Source: a virus (lineage: Duplodnaviria; Caudoviricetes). Taken from it: a DNA stretch of 35,163 bases. Within the stretch, counting starts at the first letter, position 1. Each line of letters opens with the position of its first letter. Of this stretch, positions 32,308 through 35,163 are shown one piece after another. A program made the translations under genes and the position numbers. The notes under the pieces are model-generated. The model was not told where the DNA came from. It saw only the letters and a program-made list of their open reading frames with translations, and made no database searches. Where the stretch lies: positions 1 through 35,163 of IMG/VR virus record IMGVR_UViG_3300014208_001455; one strand, given 5' to 3'.

Positions 32308-35163
32308 ATGAATTTTATTCATCGCTCTGTACGTATGACGCACCCATTTTTGTGGGAAAAAGGCGCAGTTTTCAGTCTTGTGTTCGTTTTTGTATTCGCA
32401 CTCTTTTTGTCTCAGGCGCCTTCTGCTTCTGCGACGACGTGCGTGTTTGCGTCAGCAGGGGATAGTGATTATAACAATGCGGCAAATTGGTTGACGTGCG
32501 ATGGAGCGATTCCGGATAACGCGGATACGGCCCAAATCCCCGCGGCTACAACCACGAACCTCACGGCCGCCATTGCCGCGGCGGCTGGACCGTTATCTTT
32601 GGAAGTCGCGGGAACTTTTAATACGGGAAACTTTGACTTCGAAACCAAAGCCGTCAATCCAACGGGCATTTCCGTCTCATCTGGCGGTACGATTGCCTTA
32701 GGTACTGCTTCTGTTACAACCACGGGAAATTTCACGGTTGTAGCTGGAGGGACCATTACGCAGAGCGCGGCCGGCGTGCTCGCTGTTGGTGGAAATCTCA
32801 CGGTTGGTGCAAGTACGCACACGCTCGCGGGCGAAGTGAGGCTATTGGGAGGCTATGGGTATCGCACGGTGGTGGGTGGTGTCTTTAACAAGCTCCAGTA
32901 CGCAGGCGGTGCCACAGATGTGCTTGATTTTACTGCCTCTACGACGATCATGGGGCATGCGAGCACAACTGCTTTGGGTAATATCCAGTATTCTGGTCCG
33001 AATGGAGGTAGTCTGTCCTTCTATGATGTTACGGAATTCGTGGGAGGGTCTGTCTCTTCATCAAACGGTGGTTCTCTGGCATTTGTTGGCGCAGTAACTT
33101 CTACGGCAACGATTAATGCTGGGAGCGGTACGTCAACATTTTCATCGACACTGACCAATAACGCCACCGTGACATCGACGAGTGGTACCTTGGCATTTAG
33201 CGGCGCTATCACAAACACCGCAACGCATAATATCGGTACTGCGTCAGGCAAGATTACGTTTGCAAGCACCTTTACCAATGCGGGTACGTTTGACCTTGGG
33301 CCAAGTGCTTTGGCAACGTCAACCGGGCATTTAGTGAATTCAGGTACCTTGAATCTTAATGGGAGTAGTTTGTTTACGCTGGCAGGTAACTACACAAATA
33401 CAGGGACACAAACAGCAAATGGTGGAACCGTACGTTTTGCTGGAGGTTCTGCGCAAATTCTTACCGCGCCAGCAACGAGCGGTAACTTTTATTCGATTGA
33501 GGTGTTCAAATCAGCAAATGGCCTGACGCTCGCTTCGGCTGTGACGTCTACAGGCAATTTTACGCTCACGGCAGGGACCTTTACTCCAGCAACCTATATT
33601 TATAGCGTTCAGGGTAATTGGTCGCATACCGCAGGAACCTTTACGCCAAGCACAGGCACGATTCGTTTTAATGGTGCGAACGCGCAAACTGTGACAGCCG
33701 CCGCGACAAATGGAGACTTTGGCAACATCCAGATTAATAAGAGTGCGGAAAGTCTCACGTTAGGTAGTGCTGTTACATCTACGCTTCTCACAACGCTGAC
33801 CGCTGGCAACCTGAACCTCGGCTCTTACACATTAGCTTTGACGGACGCTGGTACCGCAACAACGCCGTTTGTTGTGACATCTGGCGTGTTGGTGCCTGCG
33901 ACGGGCAAGGTGGTCTATGATACGGATGCCGCAACAAGCATCGCGGCAGTGTCCTATTATGAACTCGCCGTGCGAGGGGCGCAGACCTTTACGATTACCG
34001 CGAGCACCACGGCCATGGCAACGACCACGGTTGCTACAGGAGCAACGCTGGCCATGGGCGCACAGACGTTTTACGCAAATGGAGACATTGTGAATGATGG
34101 GACGATCACGCAAACCACGGGTGTTTTCCATCATTTGACAGACTACGTTCGCTTTACGGATAGCGCGAGCGCAGAGATCACGACACTTGCCGCTGGTGGC
34201 TCGCTGTATGTGACATTACGTGATCAGAATCGCAATCTTTTGAGCGCCACAGCTGAAACAGTTACGGTGCGCATTTCTGTGGGGCTTGATTCAGAAAATG
34301 TCACGTTGACAGAAACTGGACTCAGTACAGGCATTTTCCGCAATGCAACAGCGTTGACACTGACACAAATCGGCTCGGCAGTTCCAGGTAACGGCACGGT
34401 TGAGGTTGTGAGTACTGGTACGGGCACCGCGAGCTATGTGGATGCACAAGAGGCCGCGGATACGAGCTCTGGAACCGTGAGTATGACCGTGACAACCGTC
34501 ACGGGTGGTGGCGCGACCACTGCGCCTGGATCATCTGGTGGCGGCGGCGGGACAACGACAGTCACACCGGTATTTGTGGCACCTCCAGCCGTATCTACGG
34601 TTCCAGTATCTGTCGCTAACCCTTCCCCGGTAGCTGTGTCTGTCGCAACCCCATGGTCACTTACGGGCACTCCTGGACCTGCGACAGTCGCATTGGTCAA
34701 TGCGGATTATCGTGCATTCGGTGTGATGGCTGATGCGGTGAGCGCGGCAAAGATGGCCTTGTTTATCGAACAGGGTATTTCCTCCGCAACCGTGAAATTA
34801 GGATCTGGCGAACGTCGAGCATTGGTACGCGATGCTTTGGACACGATGCAACGAGCCTCGATCCCATTGGATGATCTCGAGCGTTTGGCAACAGGTGCAA
34901 TCCCCATGACGCGCAACTTGGCTTCAGAACGCGCCCGTGTGAATTGGGCCTTGCCAACCTTCCGTAGCATCTACGGCCATGCCCCGGTGTTCTCCAATCC
35001 AGAAGAGAACCTCGCATGGAACACCTTGATGTATCGCATTCGCTTTACGCGTGACCTCGTCAAAGAAAGAAAAGGTATCCAAGAGTTCCGACGCATTTTC
35101 AAGCGCGATCCTTCCACGCCAGCCACATGGGCAGTCGTGCGGGTGCTGGGATACGTCAAATAA
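32308..35163 (+). CDS. Large secreted Thr/Ser/Gly-rich surface protein, beta-helix-like repeats (host gene; start may be 32335)
   Basis: Signal peptide ending ASA; repeats GT.RF.G..AQ..TA.AT.G.F..I...KSA..LTL.SAVTST; charged C-terminal domain. Confidence 0.85.
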   Translation: MNFIHRSVRMTHPFLWEKGAVFSLVFVFVFALFLSQAPSASATTCVFASAGDSDYNNAANWLTCDGAIPDNADTAQIPAATTTNLTAAIAAAAGPLSLEVAGTFNTGNFDFETKAVNPTGISVSSGGTIALGTASVTTTGNFTVVAGGTITQSAAGVLAVGGNLTVGASTHTLAGEVRLLGGYGYRTVVGGVFNKLQYAGGATDVLDFTASTTIMGHASTTALGNIQYSGPNGGSLSFYDVTEFVGGSVSSSNGGSLAFVGAVTSTATINAGSGTSTFSSTLTNNATVTSTSGTLAFSGAITNTATHNIGTASGKITFASTFTNAGTFDLGPSALATSTGHLVNSGTLNLNGSSLFTLAGNYTNTGTQTANGGTVRFAGGSAQILTAPATSGNFYSIEVFKSANGLTLASAVTSTGNFTLTAGTFTPATYIYSVQGNWSHTAGTFTPSTGTIRFNGANAQTVTAAATNGDFGNIQINKSAESLTLGSAVTSTLLTTLTAGNLNLGSYTLALTDAGTATTPFVVTSGVLVPATGKVVYDTDAATSIAAVSYYELAVRGAQTFTITASTTAMATTTVATGATLAMGAQTFYANGDIVNDGTITQTTGVFHHLTDYVRFTDSASAEITTLAAGGSLYVTLRDQNRNLLSATAETVTVRISVGLDSENVTLTETGLSTGIFRNATALTLTQIGSAVPGNGTVEVVSTGTGTASYVDAQEAADTSSGTVSMTVTTVTGGGATTAPGSSGGGGGTTTVTPVFVAPPAVSTVPVSVANPSPVAVSVATPWSLTGTPGPATVALVNADYRAFGVMADAVSAAKMALFIEQGISSATVKLGSGERRALVRDALDTMQRASIPLDDLERLATGAIPMTRNLASERARVNWALPTFRSIYGHAPVFSNPEENLAWNTLMYRIRFTRDLVKERKGIQEFRRIFKRDPSTPATWAVVRVLGYVK

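Noticed and set aside
1-35163. Alternative genetic code (TGA or TAG recoding)
   Set aside because: Conserved proteins are full length in code 11 and end at TGA/TAG next to the following start

Overview
Most of a temperate siphovirus-type (HK97 capsid fold, non-contractile tail) prophage at ~1-32 kb, almost all on the + strand, followed by a large host-type surface protein gene (32308-35163). The left end and repressor are outside the window. Gene order: Bet/RecT recombinase, 3D-domain protein, HTH replication initiator with an internal iteron-like origin, an accessory region (two large structured non-coding segments, glutaredoxin, HAD phosphatase, RtcB RNA ligase), terminase, portal fused to a Mu-F domain, prohead protease, capsid, connectors, tail tube, an inserted SGNH-esterase/holin/papain-protease block, tail chaperones, tape measure, tail and fibre genes, tyrosine integrase. 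Near-universal T-ATG starts without Shine-Dalgarno sites and the C-terminus of the flanking gene suggest a Patescibacteria (CPR) host (inference). Least explained signals: (i) a recurring late-gene promoter-like layout with a DnaA-box-like TGTGGATAN starting exactly 36 bp before a -10-like hexamer at 6-7 module junctions; (ii) several structured ncRNA candidates, including a ~450-nt one near the RtcB/HAD RNA-repair genes and a C4-like antisense RNA with complementary loops in the integrase leader and an early-region leader; (iii) a small HTH gene with its own promoter nested out of frame in the integrase 3' end. All calls were made by eye; no searches or folding programs were run.
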